This document shows positions 39,623 through 53,774 of a stretch of 54,475 nucleotides of DNA, piece after piece. A model generated the notes under the pieces. The model saw only the letters and a list, made by a program, of their open reading frames with translations, did no database searches and was not told the origin of the DNA. A program made the translations under genes and the position numbers. The first letter of the stretch is position 1; every line of letters starts with the position of its first letter. The stretch spans positions 1-54,475 of the forward strand of contig MQRK01200681.1 in NCBI GenBank assembly GCA_001938485.1. The letters are read 5' to 3'. This DNA comes from Girardia tigrina (Eukaryota).

Positions 39623-39794
39623 ACAACTAGTAACAAGAAGAGACCGAGTTAAAAATGGTTTGACGAAGATTTTGGAAACCAATGAACTGATAGCAACAAT
39701 GGAAGTAGAACTTGTTGCATTAAGACCGCAACTAGAACAAAAACAAAAAGATACGGAAGCTCTGATGCAAAAATTAGGCACGGATCAAGAACAA
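39623..39794 (+). CDS. DNAH6: DNAH6-like exon 16 (stalk CC1)
   Basis: [25 protein letters not shown]...; translated manually, phase matches. Confidence 0.88.
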
Positions 39795-40467
39795 GTTCGA
39801 AATTATTATTTTATCGTGTGACTTGGATGAGTGGTTAATTTAAATATAAAAAATAATTTTAATTATCAAAATGTTTTCCAAGCTCGATCTCTTTTAATAA
39901 GACTTGACGATATATAAAACATTGGATTACAAAGAAAATGACTTACCTAAAATACCACAAAATATGGTGACCCGACAAAATAGCACCGATCATTATTTTT
40001 TATTTTCATTTAAAATTAATTTAAATGATATACATCAGTGATATGATTGTTAAATTATGAAAAGAAGTGATAAATAACTCCAATTTTCCCTACAAAATAG
40101 TTTTTTTATTTTCATTAACAAAAAATATCTTTATTTTAGAATTAGATATTTATTTATTTCAATATTTATACCAAGACACTGCAGTGAAAATGTCATTTTA
40201 TTCGTTACGAGATGTTGCTAGCTCTTTTATTTGTTCCACCTGTCTGTATAAATACTGTCTTTGAAGAACTGAATGATGTTATGTCAAATGTTTTTGAGAA
40301 TTTTTATGACAACTGGGATTACAATTATATTGGTCTTTCGAGACGATATAAAATTTAAATTTATCAAAGTTTATTTTATTTATAAATTTGGTTATCTTCC
40401 AAGAATACTCATGAAATGGTCCATTCCATTCTTAGTCAATCCATCTATTTCTTGGTTGATTTTATTT

Positions 40468-40562
40468 AGATATACGATAATTCTGTTATGGAAAAGAAAG
40501 CCTTAGAACACAACCTACCTCTGACCAGTGTTCGATTGAAACGTGCAGCTAAGCTTACAACA
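40468..40562 (+). repeat. 95-bp intronic copy of dynein exon sequence 43788-43882
   Basis: Direct comparison shows 3 substitutions in 95 bp. Confidence 0.9.
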
Positions 40563-40944
40563 ACTGACAACAACAATTTAAACCATTGTGATGTTTTTTT
40601 AATTTTTATCACAATTTTTTCATATTTTTGATAAATATTATTGTTATCAAAGACATGAATAGAATGGAATAATTTGGACGTTTTAGTTGCGTTTGTGTCT
40701 TGACAAAGGTCCGTAAGATCATAAGAAATATGTTTTCCTAAGTATACAAAGTTTATTGTAGATACGGTTTTTATTTCAATTTACTATTTATTGCATATTG
40801 ATATTTTTTCAGACTTCAAAGGATATAAAGTATATAAATTAATAAACTTATAAATTTCAACTAAAACTTGTATGAACTGAAACAAATTTTAAATAATCTA
40901 AATGAAATAAAATCATATTTGATTGTCAAAGTTAATAAGAATGT

Positions 40945-41141
40945 CCATTTTTACCACGTTTTACTTAACTTGCTTTGGGTTCTGTCTGTCTTTCTGTTTG
41001 TTTGTGATGTTTCACTTTTCATGCGCTTTTTTAGACCACTTCCACTCATCCGATCGTTCTGAAATTTTTTATGTAGGCTTCTTCTGCCTGACATTTTGAG
41101 ATTTTAGCATCTCTGCATCTCAAAAATGCTCTAATAAATTC
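40945..41141 (+). mobile_element. Helentron/HINE-like repeat start with (CTGT/TTGT)n microsatellite, cut by an N gap
   Basis: T-rich start, short motif and tetranucleotide microsatellite; class tentative. Confidence 0.35.
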
Positions 41142-43097
41142 NNNNNNNNNNNNNNNNNNNNNNNNNNNNNNNNNNNNNNNNNNNNNNNNNNNNNNNNNNN
41201 NNNNNNNNNNNNNNNNNNNNNNNNNNNNNNNNNNNNNNNNNNNNNNNNNNNNNNNNNNNNNNNNNNNNNNNNNNNNNNNNNNNNNNNNNNNNNNNNNNNN
41301 NNNNNNNNNNNNNNNNNNNNNNNNNNNNNNNNNNNNNNNNNNNNNNNNNNNNNNNNNNNNNNNNNNNNNNNNNNNNNNNNNNNNNNNNNNNNNNNNNNNN
41401 NNNNNNNNNNNNNNNNNNNNNNNNNNNNNNNNNNNNNNNNNNNNNNNNNNNNNNNNNNNNNNNNNNNNNNNNNNNNNNNNNNNNNNNNNNNNNNNNNNNN
41501 NNNNNNNNNNNNNNNNNNNNNNNNNNNNNNNNNNNNNNNNNNNNNNNNNNNNNNNNNNNNNNNNNNNNNNNNNNNNNNNNNNNNNNNNNNNNNNNNNNNN
41601 NNNNNNNNNNNNNNNNNNNNNNNNNNNNNNNNNNNNNNNNNNNNNNNNNNNNNNNNNNNNNNNNNNNNNNNNNNNNNNNNNNNNNNNNNNNNNNNNNNNN
41701 NNNNNNNNNNNNNNNNNNNNNNNNNNNNNNNNNNNNNNNNNNNNNNNNNNNNNNNNNNNNNNNNNNNNNNNNNNNNNNNNNNNNNNNNNNNNNNNNNNNN
41801 NNNNNNNNNNNNNNNNNNNNNNNNNNNNNNNNNNNNNNNNNNNNNNNNNNNNNNNNNNNNNNNNNNNNNNNNNNNNNNNNNNNNNNNNNNNNNNNNNNNN
41901 NNNNNNNNNNNNNNNNNNNNNNNNNNNNNNNNNNNNNNNNNNNNNNNNNNNNNNNNNNNNNNNNNNNNNNNNNNNNNNNNNNNNNNNNNNNNNNNNNNNN
42001 NNNNNNNNNNNNNNNNNNNNNNNNNNNNNNCTTGAATTTCTCGCATCTCAGCTATCAGAAAATTTGGGACAAATTGACTTCACAATTTACTTACTACAGT
42101 ATCTTCCAGCGTGTTATACATAGTCATTTTTCTTTTCTTTCACGCTTCTTTTCTATTTAGTTTTTATCAGTCACACGGTTTTTCCTAGAGGAGTGCTCTT
42201 TACAACTATTCAGTTGTAGATTTTGACATTTATATTTGTGAGGAATGTTCTGAATTGTTTGTTGTTTTATATTTTGAGTGTTGTGTGTTGATTCGTATTG
42301 TGTCTCTCCTATCCAGATGGCTGATTAATATTTTCTTTGATTCTTACTATTTGAAAATAATTTATTTTAATTTTAAAGTACAAATATTTAAAATATGTAT
42401 AAAATATAATATTTAGATATTCAAATGTAATATTTAATTTTTAATTTAAAATTTTTATTTAATTAATTTAATTAATAAAATTTTTAGATTTGATTTTAAC
42501 TAATGAGAGTTTTCATAAATAAATAATATTATAATTAGTTTCCAATTTGTTTTTAAAAAACTAAGATGACATAGAAAAGTATTAACCGTGAAAAAATGTC
42601 GAATAATAATGAAAATAGTTTAAATAATTGTTGTAATGACAATTCTACTTGTAATATTAAGAAATGTTCGAAAAATCATATTGATGTTTTAAATAATAAT
42701 CCTTCATTTCTATGTAGTCTTTTCAGCTGACAAACGATCACATTTATCTCAGTCTTTGTCAATTGCAAAAAATTAATTCGTGATCATAAATAAGATTTAA
42801 TGTTACATTTTTTGCGAAACCACTGTTCAAGGGGTCTTGTTCCTATTAAAAAATTAAAAATGGAAGTTTAAATAGCAGTGAATCGTGTCGCAGAGTTTTG
42901 CGAATTACGATTCGTTCACATTTATAATTTATACTAATATTATATTTTTACTATAAAATCACTTAGTAAATTTAAATCTTATGCAATAATATTCATCAAT
43001 ATAATTCGTCGTTTTTTTTATTTTGAATATTGTAAACACTAAAACATAATTTAACTTTTAATAAACTCTTGATTAAAATATGATGTACCATTGTTAG

Positions 43098-43342
43098 GCC
43101 GATATTGTCAGAGATAAAGTTAAAGAAGATGAAGCAGTTGCTAAAGTAAAAGCCAAAGAAACTCAAGCCATTGCTGATGATGCCCAGAGAGATCTTGATG
43201 AAGCTATGCCAGCTTTAGAAGGTGCTATTAAAGCATTGGATGCTTTAGATAAAAATGATATTGCTGAAATTCGTGTCTTTACAAGTCCTCCACAGCTAGT
43301 ACAGACTGTTATGGAATCAGTTTGTTTACTATTGGGCCAAAA
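43098..43342 (+). CDS. DNAH6: DNAH6-like exon 17 (stalk/MTBD)
   Basis: [52 protein letters not shown]. Confidence 0.9.
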
Positions 43343-43388
43343 GTAATATATAAAATAATTATATTCTCTGTTCATTGTGTTAACTTAG

Positions 43389-43634
43389 AACTGATTGGGC
43401 TTCAGCCAAATCTGTTCTTGGTGATCCAACTTTCCTTAAAAAGCTAGCTGAATATCCGAAAGATAATATTGCTGAGTCGTTACTTAAGAAATTAAAACGA
43501 TATATAGATGATCCTAATTTCACCCCAGAAAATGTAGAAAAGGTCAGTAAAGCATGTCGATCATTAGTAATGTGGGTACGTGCAATGGATATATATGCAA
43601 AAACTGCGAAAGCAGTGGAGCCAAAGAAGAAAAG
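43389..43634 (+). CDS. DNAH6: DNAH6-like exon 18 (MTBD)
   Basis: TDWASAKSVLGDP...VSKACRSLVMWVRAM...VEPKK. Confidence 0.9.
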
Positions 43635-43686
43635 GTTAACGGATTAAAGTGATTAAATGATTAAAATTGATTGAATTATTATTTAG

Positions 43687-44947
43687 ACTTGAAATTGCAA
43701 ACAAAGAATTGGATGAGGTTATGGCGAAATTAAGGCAGAAACAAGCTGAATTAAAGGCAGTCGAAGACAAGATAGCAGAATTACAAAAGATATACGATAA
43801 TTCTGTTACGGAAAAGAAAGCCTTAGAACACAACCTAGCTCTGACCAGTGCTCGATTGAAACGTGCAGCTAAGCTTACAACAGCTTTAGCTGATGAAAAA
43901 GAAAGATGGACAGAAAGTGTAGCAAAATTTAATGAGGAATTGGGAAATGTTGTTGGAGATGTATTTATCGGAGCAGCTTGTGTTGCTTATTATGGGGCAT
44001 TTACCAGCTCCTACAGACATGAACTATTAAACGGGTGGATTGCTCGCTGTAAAGAGTTAGAAGTACCAGTTTCTGAAAATATTTCTCTGATGGGTGTATT
44101 GGGAGATGCTTTTGAATTACGCCAATGGAATTCAGAAGGTTTACCACGTGATCAGGTTTCAACTGAAAATGCGATACTTGTTACTCGTGGTCGCAGATGG
44201 CCGTTAATGATTGATCCTCAAGAACAAGCTAACAGATGGATACGAAATAAAGAAGCAGAGAATCAACTGAAAATAATAAAATTGACCGAAGGAAACTTCT
44301 TAAGAACTCTAGAAAACTGTATTAGACTAGGAATGCCTGCATTGCTTGAAGATATAGGAGAAACTTTAGATCCAGCTCTTGAACCCATTTTATTAAAGCA
44401 GACTTTCGTAAAAGCCGGCAGAACATTGATACATCTGGGTGATTCGGATATTGAATACAGTAAAGATTTTAAATTATATATAACAACTAAGCTTTCAAAT
44501 CCTCATTATATGCCGGAGATATGTATTAAAGTCACGATTATTAATTTTACCGTAACCCCTCAAGGTCTTGAAGATCAATTACTTGGAGAAGTTACTCGTC
44601 TTGAACGTCCAGAATTGGAAGAACAACGAAACAATTTGATTATCCGAATAAATAACGACAAAAATCAATTGCAGTTAACAGAAAATCGTATTCTTAAATT
44701 ATTATTTGAATCAGAAGGAAATATTCTTGACCATGAAGATCTGATTAATACACTTAATGAATCCAAAGTCACTTCTGCGGAAACAACCAAACGATTGATG
44801 GAAGCAGAAGTCACTGAACAAAAAATTACTGTGGCCCGATCTAAATATATCCCAGTCGCAGCACGGGGCTCGGTAATGTATTTTGTGGTTGCCAATATGG
44901 CTGAAATCGATCCAATGTACCAATTTTCATTGAAATACTTCAAAACG
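43687..44947 (+). CDS. DNAH6: DNAH6-like exon 19 (CC2, AAA5)
   Basis: [16 protein letters not shown]...[14 protein letters not shown]...IDPMYQFSL. Confidence 0.95.
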
Positions 44948-46285
44948 GTAAGTAAAGTTTGAATATAAATAATAAAATTTACTATAGATATAGACTAACA
45001 AGTGTATTTGCTCTAAGTTCTCATATTAAAGAATTCAGAAAAGACGGTACACTTATTAGTCTATTAGAATTAAAATGCTCTGTTAAAATACCAAAGAAAA
45101 TAATAATTGGATTTAACTTTATAATTTTATTATGATGCTAAACGTTAAATAAAAGAATAAATAGAATATTATAATATATAATTGGATTTTTCTAATATGA
45201 CAGAAATTATAATGGCGGAGACTAGAACCGTTATGTTTACTTTATTTCATCAAGCTCTAAATATATTTGGAACATATATTAAAAACTAGTAAATCAAAAA
45301 TTAAATTTTTTATAACCATTCTTTATGCAAACAGAACTCTACTTTGTCAACAAAGTTTTAATTAAAAAAATAATTTCAAGAAAAGCACAAAAAAATAAAA
45401 AAAATAATATAATTTATAAGTAGATCTTCTTCAATTAATATTGTTCAGAATCTCCGATGGGACCATTTTTTTCACAATTCTTGAGACCTTTAAAAAGTAT
45501 TTTTTTCTAATACATTTTTTTTAAAAAATAATAATTTGTGATTTATAATTTTAAAATTATAAATTTCATATAAGAATTTTGAAAATAAATTTTGAAATAG
45601 ATTTTTGTACTAAAATTGAAATAAATAATAATTTCTAAAACTTAATTTTAATAAAATTAAAAAACAATGGCATTTTGAAATCATTAAAAAATATATAACG
45701 CCATTTTTCAACATTTATTTTAGTAATTAATTTCGTGGGTTTACCCACTATTTTCAAACTAAATTACAGTTGATTTTTGAAATTTATATATGATGATAAA
45801 TTATGATTATGCGATATTTGAATAGAGTAAAGTTTGAGACCTAATAATTTAAGACATTAATAAGATCAATGGATCCGAAAATTAATATTCAAACTTCACA
45901 CTCTACATCTCTGTTAAACATTTCCAAATAGAACCTTTATGACATAATCAATTGCACAATCACTTTCATCATATATAAGCTTTAAAATCCAATTTTAATT
46001 TTGTTTGAAAATAGCGGTAATCCACTGAAATAAATTCATAAAATAATGGTTAAAAATAAGGTTCAATATTTTTTAAAAAATAATCATTTTTGAGTTTTAA
46101 CATATTTTATAATATTTTAAATGATTTTGAATTTTAAATGTTTAAATGATTTTGAATTAATTGTTTTGATGATTTGAAAATTAAATAATTTTGATAGTTT
46201 AAAACTAAATATTTAGTACTTTGAAACTTTTGACCGTCAAACATATAGAAATACAAATGTTTAGATGCAAATATATAGTTTATAT

Positions 46286-48511
46286 CATACTTGGTACCCA
46301 GTTAAGATTTTTTAAAAAGTCAGTACTGGGTCATTTTTGCCAAAAAAATTATTTCTGGGTCAGTACTATGTCATAAATGGGTAGGTGTACTGGGTCACAA
46401 CTGGGTCAATGAATATTCTAAGAAATAATTTTAATAAAAAATATTAATTAAAAAAATATATATAAGAGACATCATCAAATATTTTTATTATAAGAACAAA
46501 GATTTCGAATTCTAAGCTTTTCAAAGCTTATTTTTGTCTTTCTACCGCTTGACAAATAGCCAGAAATAGAAAACATTCTTTCAACCGAAGCCGATGTTGC
46601 TTGTATGGACAAATACTCTGTCACATCTAGCCAAATATTTGTGTGTTTTTCCTTGTTTTGTGTCCAAAATTCTATTGCTTCAGCATTGAACAAAAATTTT
46701 GTAGTCTCAATTTATGAAATATATTGATTTATTTAAACCAATTTTATATTTTCCGGTTTATTGTTGCTTGAAAGAGTTCTTCTTTGGTTCTTGACTTGAA
46801 CTAGTGGCTGTTCAAGATTTGTATCAACATCTGAGTCCATAGATTCAAAAGTTGAGATTGTTAAAGATTTTGCCAAACCAAACATTTCATTTGTTAGTTT
46901 TACTGATTGCATTGGACTTAACAGAGAACAAATCAAATACATTTTATCAAAATTAACATGGTATTAATCAAAAAGATATTTTGTTTTCAAAGAAAGATGA
47001 GTTTTGAGATCAGTGGCTTCCTCTAAAAATTGTAATTTGTTTTTTATCATCCAATCAAGATGATCATGGATGTCCAGCAATTGGGGGATAACTCTGCTGA
47101 TTTGATTGCCACCTCCTTGAAGTACATTTGTTGCATCAAAAAATGGTTTCAAAAAGTTCTCTAGAGTAAGAAGTTGATTCCAATCAAATCCGATTTTATT
47201 ATTAAATTCTTCACAAGGAAGAACAATTTGAGATCTCATTGCAACAATTCTGCGACAAGTAAGATACAAAGAATTTCATCTAGTTGCTGCAACTTTGACG
47301 AGTTTTCTATCAGAAATATTATTCAAAAATTCAGTTTTTTTACATGATATTGTAAATTTTTCGATCAATTCAGTGACATATTGATTGATTTTGATAACTG
47401 ATGATCTGTTCAAAATATGCTTCAATGAGGAATTCAAAATATGAGCTACATATGAGATTCTTTTTGATTCGATATATTCATAATGATTTAATTCATGATT
47501 TGAATCATCACTTTCATTCTCTGATGAAATAATATCACTTTCTATGTCTGAAGTAGACTCTTCCATGGGAATCAACGTGATCTTCATAGGCAATATTATT
47601 GAAAATTTTTGTGGCCTTTGCAATTGATTTTATCATCAAAAGACTATTTGAAAATGCCTTTACAATATCTTCATCAGTTGTGATTCTTGAAATATTAGAG
47701 CAGTCAATATTCCATGAGGCGAGGATTTTGGAAAAGCAAAACAGAATTTTCTCTGATGCATGGGGTTGAGGAATTTTTTGAGGTCGAGAGCAATGTTTCT
47801 AACACAGGAACTATATGGAATTTGAATGGTAATACCAAGGAAAGAATCCGAATAGTTTTTCTTGGCCTATATGTCGACTGCAATTGAGATATTACCTGAT
47901 TTAATCAATTATTTGACTCTTACCTTTATTTTTAGAAATTCACTTTGAAGAAGCTGATTCAGGTCACTGTGAGAAGGAATCGATTCTTCATATTTTGGAT
48001 TGAGATGTATTAATAATTTTCGGAATGCCTTGGATTCAATAATGTTTTAACTTATTTGAGTGTGGAGGAAAAGTTCTGTGATTAGAGATCGAAATTGAGA
48101 TTTAAATATTTGAACATTGGAAAGGTATTTTAAAACTGTTGGTTCAGAGATTTTCACAGGTTTTGATTGCAGCTCCTCTTGAACATCGCTGTGACAGCTT
48201 GACAAATGTCGTTTTAATGTTGTGACATTTCGACCTTTGTTAAAGTAGTTGCAATGATCAATGTTGCATTCATATCCGTCAAAGCCATCTCTTTCTGTTT
48301 CTGAAAAGTATTCCCAGAAAGGGGCTTGTCTTTTAGGACCACGTTTCATTTTGAATCAAAATTTTTAATGCTATATTTAAACAAAACAATGGAAAAGAAA
48401 AATTACTTTCAATTATGTCTGAAATTGTAAAAGAAACTTAAAACAGATGACAAAATTTTCTTTTTAATCTATTTAATTTTCTTTTTCTTTGTTTAATTTT
48501 TTTATTTTTTA

Positions 48512-48557
<46 letters not shown>

Positions 48558-48698
48558 AATAGTACTAATTTTTGACCCAGTTGTGACTTATCCAAAAAAT
48601 TTCACAAACCGGGTCAGTACTGGGTCAGTCATTGTTACATATTTTGGAACTGGGTAGTCGGTAAGTACTGGGTCACTGGGTACTATGTACCAAGTATG
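46286..48698 (-). mobile_element. Full-length hAT transposon with pseudogenised BED-finger transposase (48349 to 46475)
   Basis: 12-bp TIR CATACTTGGTAC; 8-bp TSD GTTTATAT; CTGGGTCA subterminal repeats; FWEYF..C..C..TTLKRHL..H and ATSASVERMFS motifs. Confidence 0.93.
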
Positions 48699-49367
48699 GT
48701 TTATATATCAATAATCTTATTCTTCACATTCTAATTCGAATTAGAAAAAAATATCATAATATTATATTCTTTAATAATTCAGTTAATATTATATTTGTTA
48801 TGTATTTAAAGTTTTAATAAAGAGATTTTCAAATATTTATATATTTCTAAGTACTAGTAAAATGTTGTATAATGAATATTTTGTTACATACTAAAAACTT
48901 GCATACATTAAATCTTAAATATTTGAGAAGTAAATACCAAGGCGTTGTTAAAATCAAAATAAATACACCTTTGATGTTAGTTATTCTATCAACTTTACTC
49001 ACGTATTGATAAGTTAATGAATTTTTATTTTTTTTCAAATATTTTAATAAGGATTCGGTAAATGATGAACGATTTTCTACTACTTTATTTTTACGACTTT
49101 TTTCACCAATATAATGTAACTCCTTTCGGTCTTACAAATTTTATTATGCCAAATTAAAAATTAATATAAATTGAAGTCTTTTAGAAGCTTGAACTTATTC
49201 ACTTTTATTTGTAAAAATAATAACATATAACTTAATGAATTATTTAAATTATCAAAGGACCAAATTAAAAAGTTTTAAAAGATTCAACATACCTAATTTA
49301 TATTAAAAAAAGATTAATTACATAATAGTCAATGTGTCATAAATGACTTGTAATTTGAAATTTACTT

Positions 49368-49405
49368 CACAACTGATGATGCCGTAATGGTGAAACATGT
49401 TTTGC
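49368..49405 (+). ncRNA. Minimal type I hammerhead ribozyme motif
   Basis: CAA-CTGATGA-T-GCC(GTAAT)GGT-GAAAC-AT-GTT-TTG. Confidence 0.55.
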
Positions 49406-49647
49406 TAAATAAAAAACTTTTAAAATACCGTTTTTTCTTTATTTTCTTTATATATAATTGCATTTAATTTTAGGATGAAGACCATTCATGAATGTTAGAA
49501 ATGGTTCTTTGTGGGATTGATTTCTGAAAATTATAATATAATATTCACTTTAAGTTTTTCCATTTAAAATTAATAAAATTTTTCAAATCATAATATTAAA
49601 ACATTTGAAATATTTAAATATTCAAGTATTCAAATACTCAATTTCCA

Positions 49648-49695
49648 AATATTGCTGATGATGATGTATATAAACATCGAAACATGTTCAATAAT
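49648..49695 (+). ncRNA. Minimal type I hammerhead ribozyme motif
   Basis: TATTG-CTGATGA-T-GATGT(ATATAA)ACATC-GAAAC-AT-GTT-CAATA; stems I and II pair perfectly; palindromic AACATGTT in stem III. Confidence 0.75.
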
Positions 49696-50575
49696 TATAT
49701 TAAAGAAGCTTTAATCAAAATATTAAACTTGCGTTCACAAGACTATATATATATAACGACTTAAAAGTCATCCTATCGAATTTCCATTGATACACAGGCT
49801 GGTACCGTGTCTTATAATCACGTTTTGGGACCTTTGTGAGATGTTTTTTACATGATATTATATTATTTTGTTTCTTTCGAAAATGTCGAACAATCCAATT
49901 TCTAAGAATTAAAACCTCAAACTGCATAGATAATTATTTTCATTTATTCAACTATGTCTCGAATTATATAATCAAGTTATAATAAATCAATTATTCATAT
50001 AATATCTGTTTGAATTTCATTAATTTTCATTATTAATAATTAACTTCATTAATGTTTCCATAAATTCCTACATCATAAAAAAATATTTGTTACAAATTAA
50101 TTAGAAGAAAATATGAAAAAAAATTAATATAATTATAATAATAATAAACTTAAAAAAGAAAAAATGTTGGATATTAATGTCAACTAATTTAATTATATAA
50201 TTAAATATTTGAAATTTTAGAGTACCCTTACTTTACCCATTTTCAATGTTAATTAATCGGTTGAAGGGACTTATGAAAAGAATGATTCACAGAACTGTCC
50301 CTCATAATATGAATCCAAGCTCTTCTGTAAAACAGAAAACTCATCCTTCGAAACAGAAGAGATTCTAATCTTATAATCCATCCAGAGATCAAGAACCTTT
50401 CTCGATCGTCTTGATAGAAATTTTGAGACAACGATTTTTCTCTCCAAAATTTGCCTCCAATATCGTCAATGACATTGAGCTATTGGGCTCTTTAAAGAAT
50501 CTACCTAAACTAAAGAACCTATTGTAGTGACCCAGTCAATTATTATATATAAATTATAAATAGTAAATTATATAT

Positions 50576-50626
<51 letters not shown>

Positions 50627-50744
50627 AAAAAAATTATGTATATAAAAACAATCGATAAAAAAAATCATTAATNNNNNNNNNNNNNNNNNNNNNNNNNNNN
50701 NNNNNNNNNNNNNNNNNNNNNNNNNNNNNNNNNNNNNNNNNNNN

Positions 50745-50863
50745 GTTTTCTACAACCCAATTTATCAATATTCCCCCTGAAAGTGCTCTTCTTTATGTGA
50801 TCTATTTTCTCAAAATCTCGTTGTGCAACCGAATGATTCTCTAACGTTTCCATCGATATTGTT
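50745..50863. repeat. Direct repeat copy 1 flanking H3 (truncated by N gap)
   Basis: 119 bp identical to 51402-51520. Confidence 0.85.
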
Positions 50864-50893
50864 TAAATCTTTCTCAATACACGATATCAATAT

Positions 50894-51523
<630 letters not shown>

Positions 51524-52200
51524 ACAAAAGATCATTCCTTGAAACCTTTGAACAACAAACACAAATCTAAATCGAGATTTATCTGTGTCGTTCTCTCTCT
51601 CGTATGTGATTTTTTTTGTTATATATGTTTATTTATATTCTGTAAAAATAAAAGTTTTATACATATTTATCTTTATTTTTTTACGTTAAAGGAGTTCATT
51701 GAAACACGTTTTCAGTTAGCTCTTTTACACTTATCATTTTAAATATCTAGTTTTTGAAATTTTTAGACATTTTTTGTAAATATGTAAATCTGCTCAATTT
51801 TGCATTCATGTTTGATGTGGTTTCTTAATTTGCAAAAGTAATGATATTTAATTCTCACAATTTTCTTTAGGAAATGCTCTTCTTAATTTTCTTCAATTTT
51901 CTAGTCTATTCTTTATCAATTGAGTAAAATGCAAATTTTTATTTCATGTAACTCATAATCATTTGTTTCTTTCACTTGTTGAATTATTTCAGTAACTTCT
52001 GCATCTAATTGACTTTTCTTGAAGATAATGAATGAAGGAATTCTATAATATTAATTCTATAATTCTATAATATTAAATTTTAAGTAGAGTTAAAAGAGTG
52101 TTTCTAAAACGTACCATAAAAATATAAGTAAGGGTTGCTGTGCTATAAATTGGTAGATAAGGTGTCCAAATGAGTTTTTTAAAAATGTTTATTAAACAGC

Positions 52201-52244
<44 letters not shown>

Positions 52245-52643
52245 CTAAATATGTATGACATTCTTTTTTCAAATATCGAAAATGTATTCTTTAATATTGT
52301 AACGTCCCCTTAATTATATATTTAATTATCAATTTTTCACTGTTTAGGTGTTATTTAAAACAAAGATTTAATATGTAAATTAATTAAATTTTATCTGTAA
52401 TTCTATCTGAAATATAATGAAAAAACGGAACGCATTTACTGAATTAATGTATAATATTAGTTTACCTAAATTGTAATTTTAGAAATATTTACGTCAATAA
52501 TTTAATAAACATAAATTGAAATTACCATATTTAATTATCATATTAATTAATTATAATAACATATTTAATTATAAATAGAAACTACTAGTATTCTTTATAA
52601 TGATTAATATTCATGTTAATCTAATTAACTCGTTTTAATTTAG

Positions 52644-53730
52644 CTCTTCAATAATACCATTGAAAATAGTCAAAAAAGTCAAGATTTGGAAGAAAGAATC
52701 AAGATTCTTTTATCAGAAACCACTATATCAACGTATAATAATGTAGCAAGAGGTCTTTTTGAGAAAGATAAATTAGTCTTTTCTTTCATGCTGTGTAGTC
52801 AAATAATGCGCCAGTCTGGTACGATAAATGATGTTGAATGGGACTTTTTCTTGCGAGGAATTGGTGGGATCGAGAAAAAGCGACCAGAAAAGCCTAATTA
52901 CCCTTGGATATCAATGGGTGTTTGGAATAACCTTGTTGATGCAGCAGATACTGTGCCGGTGTTTGCAAACTTAATAAACGACATAATGTCGATGCATATA
53001 AGTGTTACAATTGGTGAATTAAGTATATCTGTAAACCAAGAAGAGAGTGACTTATATAAACCTTTACCTCCACAACCAACGGAGGAAGAAATCGAAAAAT
53101 CAAGAACTGATGCTAATTTTGCAAAAACGTTGTCAGGACATTATGACTTAAGATTGACCTCATTTCAAAAATTAATATTAGTTAAAGTTTTTTGTGAAGA
53201 AAAAATAATTCTTTGTGTTACTGAATTCGTGAAACTAAATCTCGGTCCACGATTTGTCGAGCCCCCACCAACAGATCTGCCACTTCTCTTTCAAGATATG
53301 AGCAAAATATCACCATTAGTGTTTGTTTTAAGTACAGGATCTGATCCTATGAGCCAATTCCAAAGATTTGCCAAAGAAAGAAACTATATGGAACGAGTTC
53401 AAGCTATTTCATTAGGTCAAGGACAAGGTCCAGTAGCAGAAAAAATGATGGATGCTGCCGCGAAAATCGGAGATTGGGTGTTTCTTCAAAATTGTCATTT
53501 GGCTGCTTCTTGGATGATAAGATTAGAAGAAATTGTTAAGAAAAGAGCTGAAAACCCGTACGAAGTTCATGAAGATTTTCGATTATTTCTCAGTTCAATG
53601 CCAGCTAAAACTTTTCCAATATCAGTTCTTCAGAATTCAGTTAAAGTAACCAATGAACCTCCGAAAGGTTTACGAGCCAATATTAAACGAGCTTTCAATG
53701 AAATGAGTCCTCAATTTTTCGAAACTCATG
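52644..53730 (+). CDS. DNAH6: DNAH6-like exon 20 (AAA6)
   Basis: RGLFEKDKL...[12 protein letters not shown]...ISLGQGQGP...[10 protein letters not shown]...[11 protein letters not shown]. Confidence 0.95.
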
Positions 53731-53774
53731 GTATATTAATTTATCAAAGAAACTCCTGTTTATTGTATTTATAG

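Noticed and set aside
41120-42046. 308-aa ORF and other X-rich ORFs (282-494, 737-946, 38865-39080, 50668-50853)
   Set aside because: They are artefacts of N runs or TA microsatellites.
44665-44943. Antisense ORFs overlapping dynein exons (also 1987-2205, 23099-23299, 24833-25081, 43163-43375, 53744-54004)
   Set aside because: They are shadow frames of real coding exons.
50255-50535. LRR-like peptide IELLGSLKNLPKLKNL on the + strand
   Set aside because: It is too short, interrupted by stops, and has no supportable homology.
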